64,000 nucleotides of DNA from Ascoidea asiatica JCM 7603 (lineage: Eukaryota > Fungi > Ascomycota): positions 271,708 through 335,707 of the forward strand of contig BCKQ01000004.1 of assembly GCA_001600695.1 (NCBI GenBank), read 5' to 3'. Below, one piece after another: positions 1 to 12,592 of the stretch. The translations under genes were made by a program, and so were the position numbers. The notes under the pieces were generated by a model, which saw only the letters and a list, made by a program, of their open reading frames with translations, was not told the DNA's origin and did no database searches. The first letter of the stretch is position 1. The number at the start of each line of letters is the position of its first letter.

Positions 1-221
1 TTTGTTAAATAAAGGTTAACAGTATCACCTTTATTAACTTGAAGTTTTGGTAATGGCCAAGTATTATTCCAACCAACAACAGTTCTATTAAAAGTACCAT
101 CTGGATTTGCATCAACATAAGTTACATTATAATACCAAGTATGAGTTGTAGCATTAACATAATTTGAGAAAAAAGTTAATAACAAACATAAAGATATAAA
201 AGACTTAGATATTGGATTCAT
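1..221 (-). CDS. FET3: Multicopper ferroxidase Fet3-like, 5' part only (runs off window start)
   Basis: Not in the ORF track. Manual translation from ATG at 221 gives MNPISKSFISLCLLLTFFSNYVNA-TTHTWYYNVTYVDANPDGTFNRTVVGWNNTWPLPKLQVNKGDTVNLYLT: a signal peptide plus the Fet3-family N-terminus. Confidence 0.85.
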   Translation of the reverse strand, partial: MNPISKSFISLCLLLTFFSNYVNATTHTWYYNVTYVDANPDGTFNRTVVGWNNTWPLPKLQVNKGDTVNLYLT

Positions 222-2328
222 TTTTTTTTAATTTATTCTTATTTTATTTTTATTATTTCTTATTAAATCTTATTATTAGTTTATTCTTTTAGGGAAAAAA
301 AAGAAAGTAAATGAAATAAAAGAATATAATAAAGCCAAGATATTCTCTTATTGAGTTAATTGAGCCTAAATTAGCTTAATTAGAAGAAGAATAATAATAA
401 TAATAAAAAAAAGAAATAATATACACAATTATTATTAGAATATAGGTATATAAAAATATAATAGAATATAATAAAATAAATAATTAAAAAGAGCAAATTA
501 TTCTTTTTTGAAAATAGAGAAAACCAATTAACTTATATATGAAGAAAAATTAGATATAAAGAAGTGAAAAGGGAGGAAAAAAAATCAAAAAAATCAAAAA
601 AATCAAAAAATTTACGAAAGAAATGAATGGAAACAAAATACAAAACTAATTATACAGTAGGTAAAAATAATTGATAATTGACAATTGAAGGAATAAAAAG
701 AATTGAAAGAATCATAAAATGGAGTTAATAGGAACTAACTGATCGAATTGATTGAATTTAAAATAATTAATAAGGAAAAAAACAAAATTTTTGTAAAATT
801 GTTAGTTAAAAAGTGACTGCATTTAAACGTAATACGGATTAAAAGACTTAAAATGAAAATTGCAGAGAAGAGAGAGAAGTGAGATACAGCAATTATTGGA
901 AGGTTAAAAGCAGTGAATATGAAAAATGAGACGATTAAAAAGGCTGTTTGCTCATTCCAATGAGGTTTCAATTGGTTTATATTCGGTGAAAGGATTATGA
1001 AATATGAGTTTTTATATTGTTTCAGTCCAGTTTCTTTCATTATTTCAATGTATTTCTATCACTTTTTCCTTTATATTTTCAATATTTCAATTTTATTTGA
1101 TATATATTTTTTTTTCTTGTCTTCAGTGAATAGATTCATGAGGATTTTTGGGTGTTTTTGGAATTTGGCAGAAAAGAAAAAAAATCCCGAAAAAAAAAGG
1201 GAATTGATTGAAAAGATAAAAGCAGCAGGCGCGTGCTGTGATTGGCCCAGCGGTGAGGACCCAGAAAACAGATTTTTTGCAACGGCGCTGGGAAAAGTCC
1301 ACGGTGCAGGTAAATGCAGCGCCGCAGCAAACAGGGGGTCTGGCTTGATGATGGTCATGCGCTATACCTTGATATATGCGACTATAATTTATTATTCACG
1401 AGGGCTCTGTGCAGTTAAAATGTGTTTTTAGAGGGGGTTGTCCCCTGTGCAGACAGAACAGTATGCGCTTTCCTCGGAAGATCTCTCCCCAGGAGCCCAG
1501 CCTGCCCAGAATCGCATTTTCCCAAATGATTCACATTCAAGCTTTTGGGCCTGAAGAAATCAGGGCTTTTGGGCCACAAAATGGATTTTTGGCTTCACTT
1601 GAAGCGACAACAATTTCTTACACAAAAGAGTGATTGTATTTCATTTGGTAATAAATGAATAACTGGTAAGTGGCATGACAGTGACAGAAGGGAAAATAAT
1701 AGTGAAAATAGCAGAAAGAGTACAAGTAGAAAACAAAAACACAGAAAATAGACAGTGGACAGTGGACAGTAGAAAATAGAAAAAGGTGTGTCTTTAAACC
1801 CTCTGCAAGCTCGATGTTTTCTTGCAAAAAAAACCCTTATGCTTTAGGCCTTTAAAACCGACGAGCATGCTCAATAATCGTAACTTACCAAGATCATTTA
1901 ATTAGCACCCATTGTCAATTGTCGGTTTTTGCAAAAGAAATAAGAGGGTCTCCAATTTTGATTCCAAAAGATTATCATTGCAACCGTTTTCAACTTTCAC
2001 TGTTGCGAACTGTGATTTAATTCACTCATTCCTGAATTGAATTCTTTTCTCTTGGCTTTTTTCATTTGCTTTTTTTCCTTTTCTCTTTTTCTTTTCTCTT
2101 TTTTCAGCTGTACCAAAATTTAGTCAAATCACGGTTAGGACAATGTTGTCCCTAATACTTGCTTAGGACTTCCATCTCCATATTTAGGGATTTCTAGCAA
2201 AAAAATCAAATTAATAAATATTGAAATAATTACGTAAGAACACCTTACAAAAAACGTGACTGAGCTTAATTTTTTAATTTTTCAATTTATTTTTTTTGAA
2301 CAGGAAAAATAAGAAAAAAAGTAATTGC

Positions 2329-2339
2329 AAAATTTTTCA
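2329..2339 (-). promoter_or_regulatory. RRPE element (TGAAAAATTTT) in NOP58 promoter
   Basis: aaaatttttca lies ~220 bp upstream of a ribosome-biogenesis gene. TTAGG/CCCTAA motifs also occur at ~2135-2190. Confidence 0.65.
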
Positions 2340-2561
2340 GCAGATAATTCAATAAAGCTTAGAAAAAATATATTTCATTATTTTATTTATCTTATAGACA
2401 AAAAGTATTGATTAAAGATATTAGAATCCATAACTTATTTTTGGTTTTGATAATTATCTTTAATATATCTTAATATACCTCAATATATCTTAATATTCAA
2501 AATTCAATATAAGTTATTAGATATAAATTATTAGATATTTTAAAAATAAAAATAAAAAAAA

Positions 2562-4196
2562 ATGTCTTTGATTTTAACTGAAACTGCAGCAGGTTATGCT
2601 GTTTTAAAATCTTCTGATAAAAAAATTTATAAAAGTCCAACTTTAATTCAAGATTTGAATTCTTCTGAAAAAGTTTCAAATCAATTTAAAATTGCTGCTT
2701 TTTCTAAATTTAATTCCGCTGCAAATGCTTTAGAAGAATCAAATTCAATACTTGAAGGTAAAGTCTCAAATCAATTACAAAATTTATTAGATGATTGTGT
2801 TTCAAATAAAAAAACAACTTTAGTTGTTTCTGATACAAAATTAGCAAATTCAATTAATAAATTAGGTTTAAATTTATCCATAATTTCTGATGCTGCTTCT
2901 CTTGATTTATTTAGAGCTGTAAGAGAATATTTACCAGATTTATTACCTGGTTTATCAAATAATGATTTATCAAAAATGTCTTTAGGTTTAGCTCATTCTA
3001 TTGGTCGTCATAAATTAAAATTTTCAACTGATAAAGTTGATACAATGATTGTTCAAGCAATATCTATATTAGATGATCTTGATAAAGATTTAAATATTTA
3101 TGCAATGAGATGTAAAGAATGGTATGGTTGGCATTTTCCTGAATTAGCAAAAATTGTAACTGATTCTGTTGCTTATTCAAGAATAATATTAAAAATGGGT
3201 ATAAGAATAAATTGTTCAGAAACTGATTTTTCTGATATTTTACCAGAAGAAATTGAAGAAAAAGTTAAAACTGCTGCTGAAGTTTCAATGGGTACTGAAA
3301 TAACTGATGATGATTTATTAAATATTAAAGCTCTTGCAACTCAAGTTGTTGAATTTTCAAATTATAGAGAACAATTATCAAATTATCTTTTTTCAAGAAT
3401 GAAAGCAATTGCTCCAAATTTAACTTCTTTATTAGGTGAATTAGTTGGTGCAAGATTAATTGCTCATGCTGGTTCTTTAATGTCTTTAGCAAAAGCTCCT
3501 GCTTCAACTGTTCAAATTCTTGGTTCTGAAAAAGCTCTTTTTCGTGCTTTAAAAACTAAACATGATACTCCAAAATATGGTTTAATTTATCATGCTTCTC
3601 TTGTTGGTCAAGCAACTGGTAAAAATAAAGGTAAAATCGCAAGAGTTTTAGCTGCAAAAGCTTCAATAGCTTTAAGATATGATGCTTTAGCTGAAGAAAG
3701 AGATGATTCCGGTGATTTAGGTTTAAAAGTTAGAGCTAAAGTTGAAGATAGACTTAGTGTATTAGAAGGTAGAGATTTAAGAACTTCTAAAAAAATAGTT
3801 AAAGAAACTCCAAAATTTGATATATCTGAAGCAAGAGCTTATAATGCTGATGCTGATGCTATTCCTGATGTTTCAATGAAAGAAGAAGATGAAGATTCTG
3901 ATGATGAAAGTGATGCTGAAACTTCAAAAATAGATATTAAAAAAGAAAAGAAACATAAAAAGGATAAAAAAGATAAAAAAGATAAAAAAGATAAAAAAGA
4001 AAAGAAAGATAAGAAAAGTAAAAAAAGAAAAAGAGATGATGATGATGAAGGTGAAAAAGAGGATCTTGAAATCAAAAAAGAAGTTGAACCTTCTGTGAAA
4101 AAAGAACATAAAGTAAAGAAGGAAAAGAAACATAAAAAAGATAAAAAAGATAAAAAAGAAAAAAAAGATAAAAAACACAAGAAAGATAAAAAATAA
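2562..4196 (+). CDS. NOP58: Box C/D snoRNP core protein Nop58
   Basis: N-terminal LTETAAGYA, Nop-domain motifs ([36 protein letters not shown]) and a KKD/KKE-repeat tail. Confidence 0.96.
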   Translation: MSLILTETAAGYAVLKSSDKKIYKSPTLIQDLNSSEKVSNQFKIAAFSKFNSAANALEESNSILEGKVSNQLQNLLDDCVSNKKTTLVVSDTKLANSINKLGLNLSIISDAASLDLFRAVREYLPDLLPGLSNNDLSKMSLGLAHSIGRHKLKFSTDKVDTMIVQAISILDDLDKDLNIYAMRCKEWYGWHFPELAKIVTDSVAYSRIILKMGIRINCSETDFSDILPEEIEEKVKTAAEVSMGTEITDDDLLNIKALATQVVEFSNYREQLSNYLFSRMKAIAPNLTSLLGELVGARLIAHAGSLMSLAKAPASTVQILGSEKALFRALKTKHDTPKYGLIYHASLVGQATGKNKGKIARVLAAKASIALRYDALAEERDDSGDLGLKVRAKVEDRLSVLEGRDLRTSKKIVKETPKFDISEARAYNADADAIPDVSMKEEDEDSDDESDAETSKIDIKKEKKHKKDKKDKKDKKDKKEKKDKKSKKRKRDDDDEGEKEDLEIKKEVEPSVKKEHKVKKEKKHKKDKKDKKEKKDKKHKKDKK

Positions 4197-4634
4197 CTGG
4201 ATTTTATTTAATATAATATTAAAATACTAATTGAACCTATAATTCTCTCAACTAATCATATTTACTACAATAAAAAATTCAATAAATTCATTTATCTTTT
4301 ATTTTACTGAATTCTAAACATTTTTCTCAATTTTTACAATTTTTTTTCAATTTTTTACATTTTAAAAATTTCATTTTCATTATTTACGTTTTATATTTTA
4401 AATATCTCTCTAATGTACTTTATTCCACATATTGACTTATAGATTAAAAGTCTAGATATACAATTTTTAAGAAAAAAAAAAATTTAGAAATATATGTAAT
4501 GGAAACATGAGATAATGTTTAAATTATTACTTACTATCATTTACAATCTATCAGGGGGGTATCGAAAATATAGTCAAACCAAACCATTTTCTAATATAAT
4601 CAAGAAATTTATAACTTAAATCCAAAAAAACAAT

Positions 4635-7397
4635 TTAAGGATTTGTATCTTCTGGGTCATCAAGAATTGCTTTAAAAGAAAATGGCTCATATGCATAACC
4701 TTCACCTTCAAAAAATTTCGACATAGATTCAACCCAATGTAATCTAAGTGCATGAAGCATTGCAGATGTACCTTCCATAAGAACCAATATACAAACAGTT
4801 AATACAAACCACATTCCAAACATAAAAAATGCGATTAAAACACTAGTTAACCCAAATTTAGAATCATTGAAAGCATTACTTATTGTCATTGACCATAGAA
4901 CTGTTGATAATTGTGCATGAGCTAATGATAAAGCCCATAATCTTAAATAAGAAGCTGTATGAGAAACACAGTTCAAACAAAATTCAATTGTATGAATAAC
5001 TTGATGAATCATTATATCGCCAAAATTGAAATCTTCTTTAGTACTATTATTTGAATTTTTATTATCAATTGTTATTTCAGTATTAATTTCATAATGATCA
5101 CTATTATTTTCATTATCAGAATTATTTCCATAATCAACAATCACAAACCGATTATCACTAATACTTAAGGAATCTTGAACTTGATTATTTAAGTTATCTA
5201 ATTCCTGTGCTTCTAAAGATCTATACCCATTACTTACAGCTTTATTATATTTATATCTTAAAACCATTGGTTTATATAATAAAAGCCATGGAATACATAT
5301 CAATGCTATTAATAATAAAGCAACTTGAACAAAAGATTGACCTTTATATAATTGTTCATCAACAGTTCCTGGAGATAAAAACATGTTAATTAACATATTC
5401 AATAAACCTGGGGCAGGCTTTTTTATTTTAATCCAATCGATACACCATTTGTAAACAATAGTTATTGAAAGATAACCAAAAATACTTTGCATAAAAAGCA
5501 TACTTGGAATAAAATTACCTATCATATCAACTTTTGAATCAAAAAATTTATAATTTATATATGAAAAACATAATGAATAAGTCATATGTAAAAATCCCAT
5601 TAATATAGATAATTTCATTTTATATGAATTTAAAAATAATAAACCATTATCAGTTCCATGCCAAGCACTATCAATACCAAAGAAATAAACTTTATGATTT
5701 TGATTTTGAGTTGCTTCAATAAGATCACCTTGATTGAATTCTTTTGGCCATTCCCAACCAGATTTGAATAAAGTCATTGAGATTGAAAAAATATCATTAT
5801 AAACAAGACCAGTAAACATTGAAAAAATACCCATTAATAAAATTAAATATCTACCTGAAAAAGCCATTTCAAAAATATCATCTTTTTTAACTTTAAGATA
5901 AAATTTTTCATTAATCACAAGATATAAACCAACTAACATTACTATAAAACCATGGCCAAAATCACCAAACATTAATGCAAACATAAATGGAAACGTTATA
6001 ATTGTTGGTAAACCAGGATTTACTTCTCTATAAGAAGCAATACCATATGCATCACATAAATTTTGAAATACATTTGTGAATTTATTGGTTTTATGATAAG
6101 TTGGAGGGGTTCTATTTGTTTTTAAAACATTTATGACTGCAGTTGTTGAAGTATTTAAACCATTTGAAGATCTATCAGTTATATCTCTCATTGCATTTTT
6201 AACTAATTGTATATCATAAGTTGGTACCCAACCTTCAGCAATAAAAGTATGTCTTTGATTTGAATTATCAAAATCAAATTTATTTAAAGTAATAAAAATA
6301 GATTTTTCTAATTTAATATAAATTGACCATTTAATAAATTTGTCAGAAATTATAGTTAATTCGGAATTTAAAGTTTGTTGAGTATTTTCAATAACATCAT
6401 TGATATCTTGTAATTTAATATTTAAATTTGATAAATTCCTATTATTAATATGATAATCGTTATCAATTTTAAAAATTTTACCATCTAAAGATTCTATAAT
6501 TCTTTTTGATTTATTTACTAAAGATTGACCATGAGTATAAAGAATAATAACATCTTTTAGAATTGAAGTATTTGACTTTTCATCAATTATTGGATCAATT
6601 ATTGGAATATGATCAAGATATAAATTACCTCTTAAAACTCTCCAAAGAATTCTTTCAACTGTATCTACTTTATCTCTTGGTATTGTACCAGTTAAAAAAT
6701 CTATATTTAAATTATTTATTGGATTTGAGATTGGATCTAAAATTTGATCTGAATTTGAAACTAAAGGAGATGCTAAAGGAGTATTTTGCTCATAATCATA
6801 TTGTAAAGATTGTTGTTCATTTAATAAAGGTATATTATCATTATGATCAATAGATACTCTTGTATTTAAATTTACTTGAGCTTGATGTTGTTGAGATTGA
6901 GATTTATTGAAAAATGAATCACTTTCAATTAAAACTTGTCTATTTTCAATTAAATTAAATTTTTTTTTTTTTAAATTTAATAAATTATCATTTAAATCCC
7001 TAATTTTAATTTCATAATAATTAATAATTTGAATAATTTCATCAATTTCAGAAGTCTTTAAAGGTGGAAAAACTGGTAAATTCTTAATTATTGTTGGATC
7101 TAAAGATTCATTAATATTTGAAAACTGATCAATAATTTGATAATTATAATTTATTGAAATCAAATTTGAATATAAAATTTCATTTAAATAACGTAATTGT
7201 CTTTGAACATTATCTAATCTTCTTAATTCTTTAACAAAGTTTCTTTGAAATGAATTTATGTTTTTGTTTAAATCTCTAAATTGAACATTACTCATTGAAC
7301 CAAAGGCAGCTACAACATCTCTCGATATTTCAGACGCTATATACATCTGTATTAGCGACATATCCGCAGAACGAAAGATGGCTTCTTGGTTATTCAT
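4635..7397 (-). CDS. STV1: V-ATPase V0 subunit a (Stv1-like isoform)
   Basis: EAIFRSADM N-terminus, FPFMFALMFGDFGHG, HTASYLRLWALSLAH. WHGTDNGLLF and WLLLYKP resemble Stv1 more than Vph1; the isoform call is less certain than the family call. Confidence 0.9.
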   Translation of the reverse strand: MNNQEAIFRSADMSLIQMYIASEISRDVVAAFGSMSNVQFRDLNKNINSFQRNFVKELRRLDNVQRQLRYLNEILYSNLISINYNYQIIDQFSNINESLDPTIIKNLPVFPPLKTSEIDEIIQIINYYEIKIRDLNDNLLNLKKKKFNLIENRQVLIESDSFFNKSQSQQHQAQVNLNTRVSIDHNDNIPLLNEQQSLQYDYEQNTPLASPLVSNSDQILDPISNPINNLNIDFLTGTIPRDKVDTVERILWRVLRGNLYLDHIPIIDPIIDEKSNTSILKDVIILYTHGQSLVNKSKRIIESLDGKIFKIDNDYHINNRNLSNLNIKLQDINDVIENTQQTLNSELTIISDKFIKWSIYIKLEKSIFITLNKFDFDNSNQRHTFIAEGWVPTYDIQLVKNAMRDITDRSSNGLNTSTTAVINVLKTNRTPPTYHKTNKFTNVFQNLCDAYGIASYREVNPGLPTIITFPFMFALMFGDFGHGFIVMLVGLYLVINEKFYLKVKKDDIFEMAFSGRYLILLMGIFSMFTGLVYNDIFSISMTLFKSGWEWPKEFNQGDLIEATQNQNHKVYFFGIDSAWHGTDNGLLFLNSYKMKLSILMGFLHMTYSLCFSYINYKFFDSKVDMIGNFIPSMLFMQSIFGYLSITIVYKWCIDWIKIKKPAPGLLNMLINMFLSPGTVDEQLYKGQSFVQVALLLIALICIPWLLLYKPMVLRYKYNKAVSNGYRSLEAQELDNLNNQVQDSLSISDNRFVIVDYGNNSDNENNSDHYEINTEITIDNKNSNNSTKEDFNFGDIMIHQVIHTIEFCLNCVSHTASYLRLWALSLAHAQLSTVLWSMTISNAFNDSKFGLTSVLIAFFMFGMWFVLTVCILVLMEGTSAMLHALRLHWVESMSKFFEGEGYAYEPFSFKAILDDPEDTNP

Positions 7398-7940
7398 TTT
7401 GGGAATACAATTAACTGTTCAAGAATACTTCCAAAGTTGTTTTATTCTAATTTATTTTGATCTAATTGATCTATTCCAATTACATTACTTTATTTTTTTA
7501 TGTTCTTCTTTATGTTCATCTTTTATACAGTATATTCAGATTTATATCTATCTCCTGTGTCTGGACAAGATAGTACGAGAATACGCAAGACGCGATCAGA
7601 TCCGCCCAGATGAACAAGTATCTTCACCGCTATCGTCACCGGGACATCCAACCGGAACGGATGTTTGTTACAAGTGTACTTTGATATCCGGACTCGGAAT
7701 GAGTGTGGAAGTATAAACCAGCGGAAAAAAAGAGTTCCACAAACACGGCGGCAGTTTATTTATTTGGTTAAACCTTTTATTTTTTTTTAGTTTATTTCAC
7801 TATACTAATTATATATTTTTATATATTTCTATATACTTTTATTTTTATATGTTCTTATCTATTGATTTAAGTTAAACTGATTGAGGGGTTCAAAAAAAAC
7901 CAATAAAATAGCCTATATACATTATTTTCAAAAAGTTCAA

Positions 7941-10304
7941 TCAATTTTTTGCTTGACTTTGAATTTTGGAATTTATTCCATCTGGAATTTTTACTCCCAG
8001 TGTGCTTAATCGTTTAATAATTGAAATTAATTGTGAGGAAATATCACCTTTATAAAATTTCTCAATATCTTTTAAAACTTTTTCTGCAATATCATATTTT
8101 TCATGTTTTGATAATGAACTTAAAACAAAATAATATGTATATCCATTTGGTTTAACTTTTTTACTTAAGTTAATTGAATTTTTTTCTTTATAAACTTTTT
8201 CTAATTCGATCATTTTATTATAATATTCTATAACTTTATCGACCATATCCTTACGTCTAAAAGCATCTATCATTAAATTAAATAATGGGATAAGAGACTC
8301 ACCTTTATTTATATCAAAATTAGAAAGTTTTTCTTCAAAATCTATTTCTGCTTCTCCAATATTTCCATTCATAGCTTTGGATTTAAGTATACTTGTAACC
8401 ATAGATGGTGTTAAAGATATTTTTGTAGCTTTTAAAACTTCAATTAATTGTTTTCCAATTTCAAATGTAGCTCCATTTGACATAAATCCATCAATGAGTG
8501 TGGAAATTGTAATAGTGTTAATTTTAATACCATTTTTACTCATTTCTTCAAAAAATGCTTTTAGTAATTTTTTACTTGGGATTTCTCCTCTTGATAAGGT
8601 TTGTTTAAAAATCATATAGAGAATTATTGAATATGTGGTAATATCTTGTGAAACTCCATTTGCTTCCATATTTTCTAAAATTGCTTTTGCTTTATCAAAT
8701 TTTTTTTCTTTAACATAATATTTCAATAATTGATTATAAATTATATTATTTGGTATAAATCCTTCATCACTCATCCAGTAATTTAAATTTTTGTGAAATG
8801 ATTTAATATCATATTTTAATAAACTTTCTAAATATGCACATTTAACATTATATGGTACTGAAGAAGTTTTTGATTGATCTGGTAACTTTTTGAATTCTTC
8901 AAATAAAATTTCATTTTCTTTGAAATGTGATGTCATTGTATTTATAGCCATTAATATAGAATATGATTTTGAATTCGGATTACTTTTTTCTTTAAATTCC
9001 TTCCATATTGATTGTGTATTTAAATATTTTTGTTCTCTATTTTCTTTACTTTTAAGTTTCACTAATAATAATGTATTCCAAGATTTTACATCTGGTTTTG
9101 GAAATGATTTAATTAATTCATTCCATATATTCAATGAAATATCAGCTCTATTACAACTTATAAAAAAACTCATAAAACTAGTTAAAATATTTTCCGGTAA
9201 TGGGATATTTTTAGATTTTGCAAAATCTTTAAATTTATTATAAATTAAATTCAAATTTTCAAAATCATGATTTTTTGAAAAATTTAATGCATCTTTAAGA
9301 ATTGTTGGATCATCAAAATCAATTAATTGAGTTCTAATAATTTCATAATTTTCAATAAATCCATTAATTTTATTTTCATCAAAATTTTCAATTCCTGTTA
9401 ATAAATGTTTAAAATTTTGTGTATCTATTAAAGTTTTAGAAGATAAAAGTGTTTGAAGTGTTTCTGCATTTAGTGATAAATTATCTATTGTAACATTTTG
9501 TATATATGCAGCAATTACTAAAGCTTTAAGAATGAAATCTTTTTTAGTTTCTTTTCTTTCAAAAGTTTCAGAGAAATTCTTTTGTTGATATTCAAGATAT
9601 GAAACCCAAATTGTAATTGCAGATTTTGGATTTTCTTGAATAATACATTGGCTCATAACTTCTATAAAATGATTTTTACTGGCAATATTTTCTTTGATTA
9701 AAAATTTAAGTAAGTCTTGTGGAATTGGAGGAATTAAGTTGGAAGCACTTTGTTCATTACCTTTATCATTTTCAGTTTCATTTTTATTGAATTTAGATTT
9801 AGATTTCGAATTAGAATTAAATTTTAATAAATCTGAATTTGCTCTTTGTAATAATTCAAGTAAAATATCATTTAAACGTCTTGCTAATAAAGAAGTAACA
9901 TTATTATGATAAGTATCAGGAACAGTTGATCTGATAATATCAATACCTGCAGTTAAATAATTTGCAGCTTCACTTGAACTATCAGATTTTAACATTTCTT
10001 CTAAACCTTGATATAAATCTTCGACTAAATCTTTATATTTAGGATTTGTATAGTTATTCCTATTATTATTCGGTGAATTCATTTTCTCAAATCTTGATAC
10101 ATTTTTAATTGAATCATTTGTATCATGGGATAAAGAATTTGAGTAAAAAGCATTTTGAGAAATTGTTCCAAGTTTTATTAAATCGATATTTCTAATTGGA
10201 GTAAATTTGGAATTTCCAACAAGTGCACCAAAAGCATTACTTGAATCCCAAAGTTGCTTGGGAAGGTACTTTCCCAATGAAGCTTTTGATCTTACTTTGA
10301 GCAT
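7941..10304 (-). CDS. Mitochondrial pentatricopeptide-repeat (PPR) protein
   Basis: Basic presequence-like N-terminus. PPR-like units include PDVKSWNTLL, PNNIIYNQLLKYY..GVSQDITTYSIIL, LFNLMIDAFRR and PNGYTYYFVL. Confidence 0.8.
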   Translation of the reverse strand: MLKVRSKASLGKYLPKQLWDSSNAFGALVGNSKFTPIRNIDLIKLGTISQNAFYSNSLSHDTNDSIKNVSRFEKMNSPNNNRNNYTNPKYKDLVEDLYQGLEEMLKSDSSSEAANYLTAGIDIIRSTVPDTYHNNVTSLLARRLNDILLELLQRANSDLLKFNSNSKSKSKFNKNETENDKGNEQSASNLIPPIPQDLLKFLIKENIASKNHFIEVMSQCIIQENPKSAITIWVSYLEYQQKNFSETFERKETKKDFILKALVIAAYIQNVTIDNLSLNAETLQTLLSSKTLIDTQNFKHLLTGIENFDENKINGFIENYEIIRTQLIDFDDPTILKDALNFSKNHDFENLNLIYNKFKDFAKSKNIPLPENILTSFMSFFISCNRADISLNIWNELIKSFPKPDVKSWNTLLLVKLKSKENREQKYLNTQSIWKEFKEKSNPNSKSYSILMAINTMTSHFKENEILFEEFKKLPDQSKTSSVPYNVKCAYLESLLKYDIKSFHKNLNYWMSDEGFIPNNIIYNQLLKYYVKEKKFDKAKAILENMEANGVSQDITTYSIILYMIFKQTLSRGEIPSKKLLKAFFEEMSKNGIKINTITISTLIDGFMSNGATFEIGKQLIEVLKATKISLTPSMVTSILKSKAMNGNIGEAEIDFEEKLSNFDINKGESLIPLFNLMIDAFRRKDMVDKVIEYYNKMIELEKVYKEKNSINLSKKVKPNGYTYYFVLSSLSKHEKYDIAEKVLKDIEKFYKGDISSQLISIIKRLSTLGVKIPDGINSKIQSQAKN

Positions 10305-10732
10305 TCTGAAGAAGAGAATAGATGAAAATATCCAAATAAAGAACTAAATCAAATTCAGTCCAAATTTCAGAATTTCAATGACTTTCCTTAATTCTATTTT
10401 TCACTTTGTCTACAAATGAAAAAAAAAGCTTTTGACTAATGTTAACAAAAAAAAGAAAATCATGATATATAAAGATCACGTGCGCAGTAAACCAAAATGA
10501 TAAATTTATTAATTTTAGATTTTAATGGAATATTTTTCCAATAAATGATTCAATGGAAACAAAAAATATATATTTGCGTAAAAAGTTAATAATTAAGTAG
10601 GGAAAAGACATTGAAACACACCAAAAGAAATAAAGCAATTGAAAAAAAGAAGAAAATGCAAAGAAGAGAGAAGAGATGATTATTGTATATACTATATAAA
10701 TAATGAGTTTGAAATAAATTTTTTTAAAATTG

Positions 10733-11995
10733 TTAATTAGTAAATTGAATTTGAATTTGAAGACCAGTAGGAAGTTGGCTATCGCTTACTAATATTAAAT
10801 CATTATCATTAATTAATTCATAAACTAATTTACTCAAATTATCTCTTGTTAAAATTTCCAAAGATTCTGGTATTGAAAAATATAAATCTTTTTTATTTGT
10901 AATTGAAGTTAAAGAAGGATTTTTTAGATTCTTTTCTAATTTAATTAAATTTATTAAATCAATTAATTTTAAATTATTTGAAATTTTTAAAATTTCAAAA
11001 TTTATACCACAAATTGAACAATTTTTTTTTATTTCAGGTTCAAAATTAAATGTATAAATTTCTTGATCACCAGTATATGACATATAATATTCTAAAATTG
11101 GATTACAACTTGTGATATATTTAAAAGCTTCGTTACAACATGATGCAGCAATTATAGCATTTGTTGAAGCTATTGAAGGTATAATATTTTTAATTACACC
11201 TAAAGTTAAAGATTTTGTAACACCATTAATATTAAATTCTTTTGATCTTTTTAAAGCAGATTTGTAAATCCAATTTAATTCTTCTAAATTATCAGAATTA
11301 TAATTTTTATTTGGAAAAACTTTTGGCCATTCTAATAAAATTGACCATTCAATACAATGTTCAGGTAATCTTGGAGTATTTGCAATTGTACAGACAGGAT
11401 AAGTTTTTTTATTACTTAATAAATTTAAATTACATTCATAACATGAAGTTAAAGTTGGTATAATAATTCTTGATTGACCTCTGAAACCTTCAGTACCACC
11501 ATCAATAATTGGTATAATTGAATTAAAATCATTTTCATCAACTAAATTATAAACTAAAGAATTAATATATCTTCTAGCTTCAACACTATCTAAACCACAA
11601 ATTATTAATTTAAATTGTTTATAAAAATTTTCATTTTTATCTTGAATTTTACAATTATGAAAAGTTACATTGATATTTTTAATTTTTTTTTTAATAAAAT
11701 TTGCTGCAATTTCTGCTTTATATTTTCCAATATCATTTTTTCTAAATAAAAATTGTCTATTTAAATTTGAAATATCTATTGTATCCATATCAATTATATG
11801 AATATTTTTAAAACCAGATAAAGAAATATTTTTTAAAATTTCACAACCTAAACCACCAGCGCCAATAATTAAAATTTTAGAATTATTTAAAACTGATAAA
11901 ATTTTTAAATTATTTGGTTCAAATTCTTCATCAGTAAATGGACCTTTTTTATTTAAAAATGGTAAAATTGAGGAATTATTTCTTTCATTATACAT
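10733..11995 (-). CDS. UBA3: NEDD8/Rub1-activating enzyme E1 catalytic subunit
   Basis: ILIIGAGGLGCEILK, DMDTIDISNLNRQFLF and the catalytic YPVCTIANTPRLPEHCIEW. The first ATG is at 11995 in an A-rich context; the ORF track starts at a TTG (12106). Confidence 0.92.
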   Translation of the reverse strand: MYNERNNSSILPFLNKKGPFTDEEFEPNNLKILSVLNNSKILIIGAGGLGCEILKNISLSGFKNIHIIDMDTIDISNLNRQFLFRKNDIGKYKAEIAANFIKKKIKNINVTFHNCKIQDKNENFYKQFKLIICGLDSVEARRYINSLVYNLVDENDFNSIIPIIDGGTEGFRGQSRIIIPTLTSCYECNLNLLSNKKTYPVCTIANTPRLPEHCIEWSILLEWPKVFPNKNYNSDNLEELNWIYKSALKRSKEFNINGVTKSLTLGVIKNIIPSIASTNAIIAASCCNEAFKYITSCNPILEYYMSYTGDQEIYTFNFEPEIKKNCSICGINFEILKISNNLKLIDLINLIKLEKNLKNPSLTSITNKKDLYFSIPESLEILTRDNLSKLVYELINDNDLILVSDSQLPTGLQIQIQFTN

Positions 11996-12592
11996 TTTTT
12001 TTTTCTTAAATTTATTTTTAAATTGATTATTATTAATTTTATTATTTAAAAGAATATTATTTTCATCTATCTTCTTTGAAAAGATAGATATCGAAGAAGA
12101 ATCCAATTTTAAAGATTTCTTATATGAAAAAAAATTAGTGATTGAGAAATAAATAAAAATTTGAAAAAATTAAATTAATTGAATAATATTATTTAACCTT
12201 CATTTAGTTATTAATCTAATAATAATGTTATAATAAAAGTATTTAATATTTTAATTAGAAATATATATATATAAATTATAAAAAAGAAGGTTAAATAATG
12301 TTACCAATCGTATTAATAATAATAGTATTGAGTATTATTATTGAAGAAAGATAAAGATTCCTTTAAGCGCTGAAACAAATAAAGATATTAACTTCAATGG
12401 GTGGAACATGTGATCAAAGTATGCACATTTACAGTATAATATGTATTAACGTTAAGAAACTAAATCAATTAAAGAATGAATGAATAAATGAATGAATAAA
12501 TTAGATTAGATTAAATTATATAATATATTGAGAATTGTTAAAGCTATAAAAAAGAAGAAGTTAAAAAAGAAGAAGTGAAATTATATTTTTAA

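Noticed and set aside
735-1827. Short overlapping ORFs in the FET3-NOP58 spacer
   Set aside because: No family motifs. They arise from a GC island and low-complexity sequence.
3839-4180. Phe/Ser/Leu-rich antisense ORFs
   Set aside because: Mirror of the Nop58 KKD repeats.
11996-12106. TTG-started N-terminal extension or upstream exon of UBA3
   Set aside because: Low-complexity sequence, no convincing donor found upstream, and homology-like sequence starts at ATG 11995.
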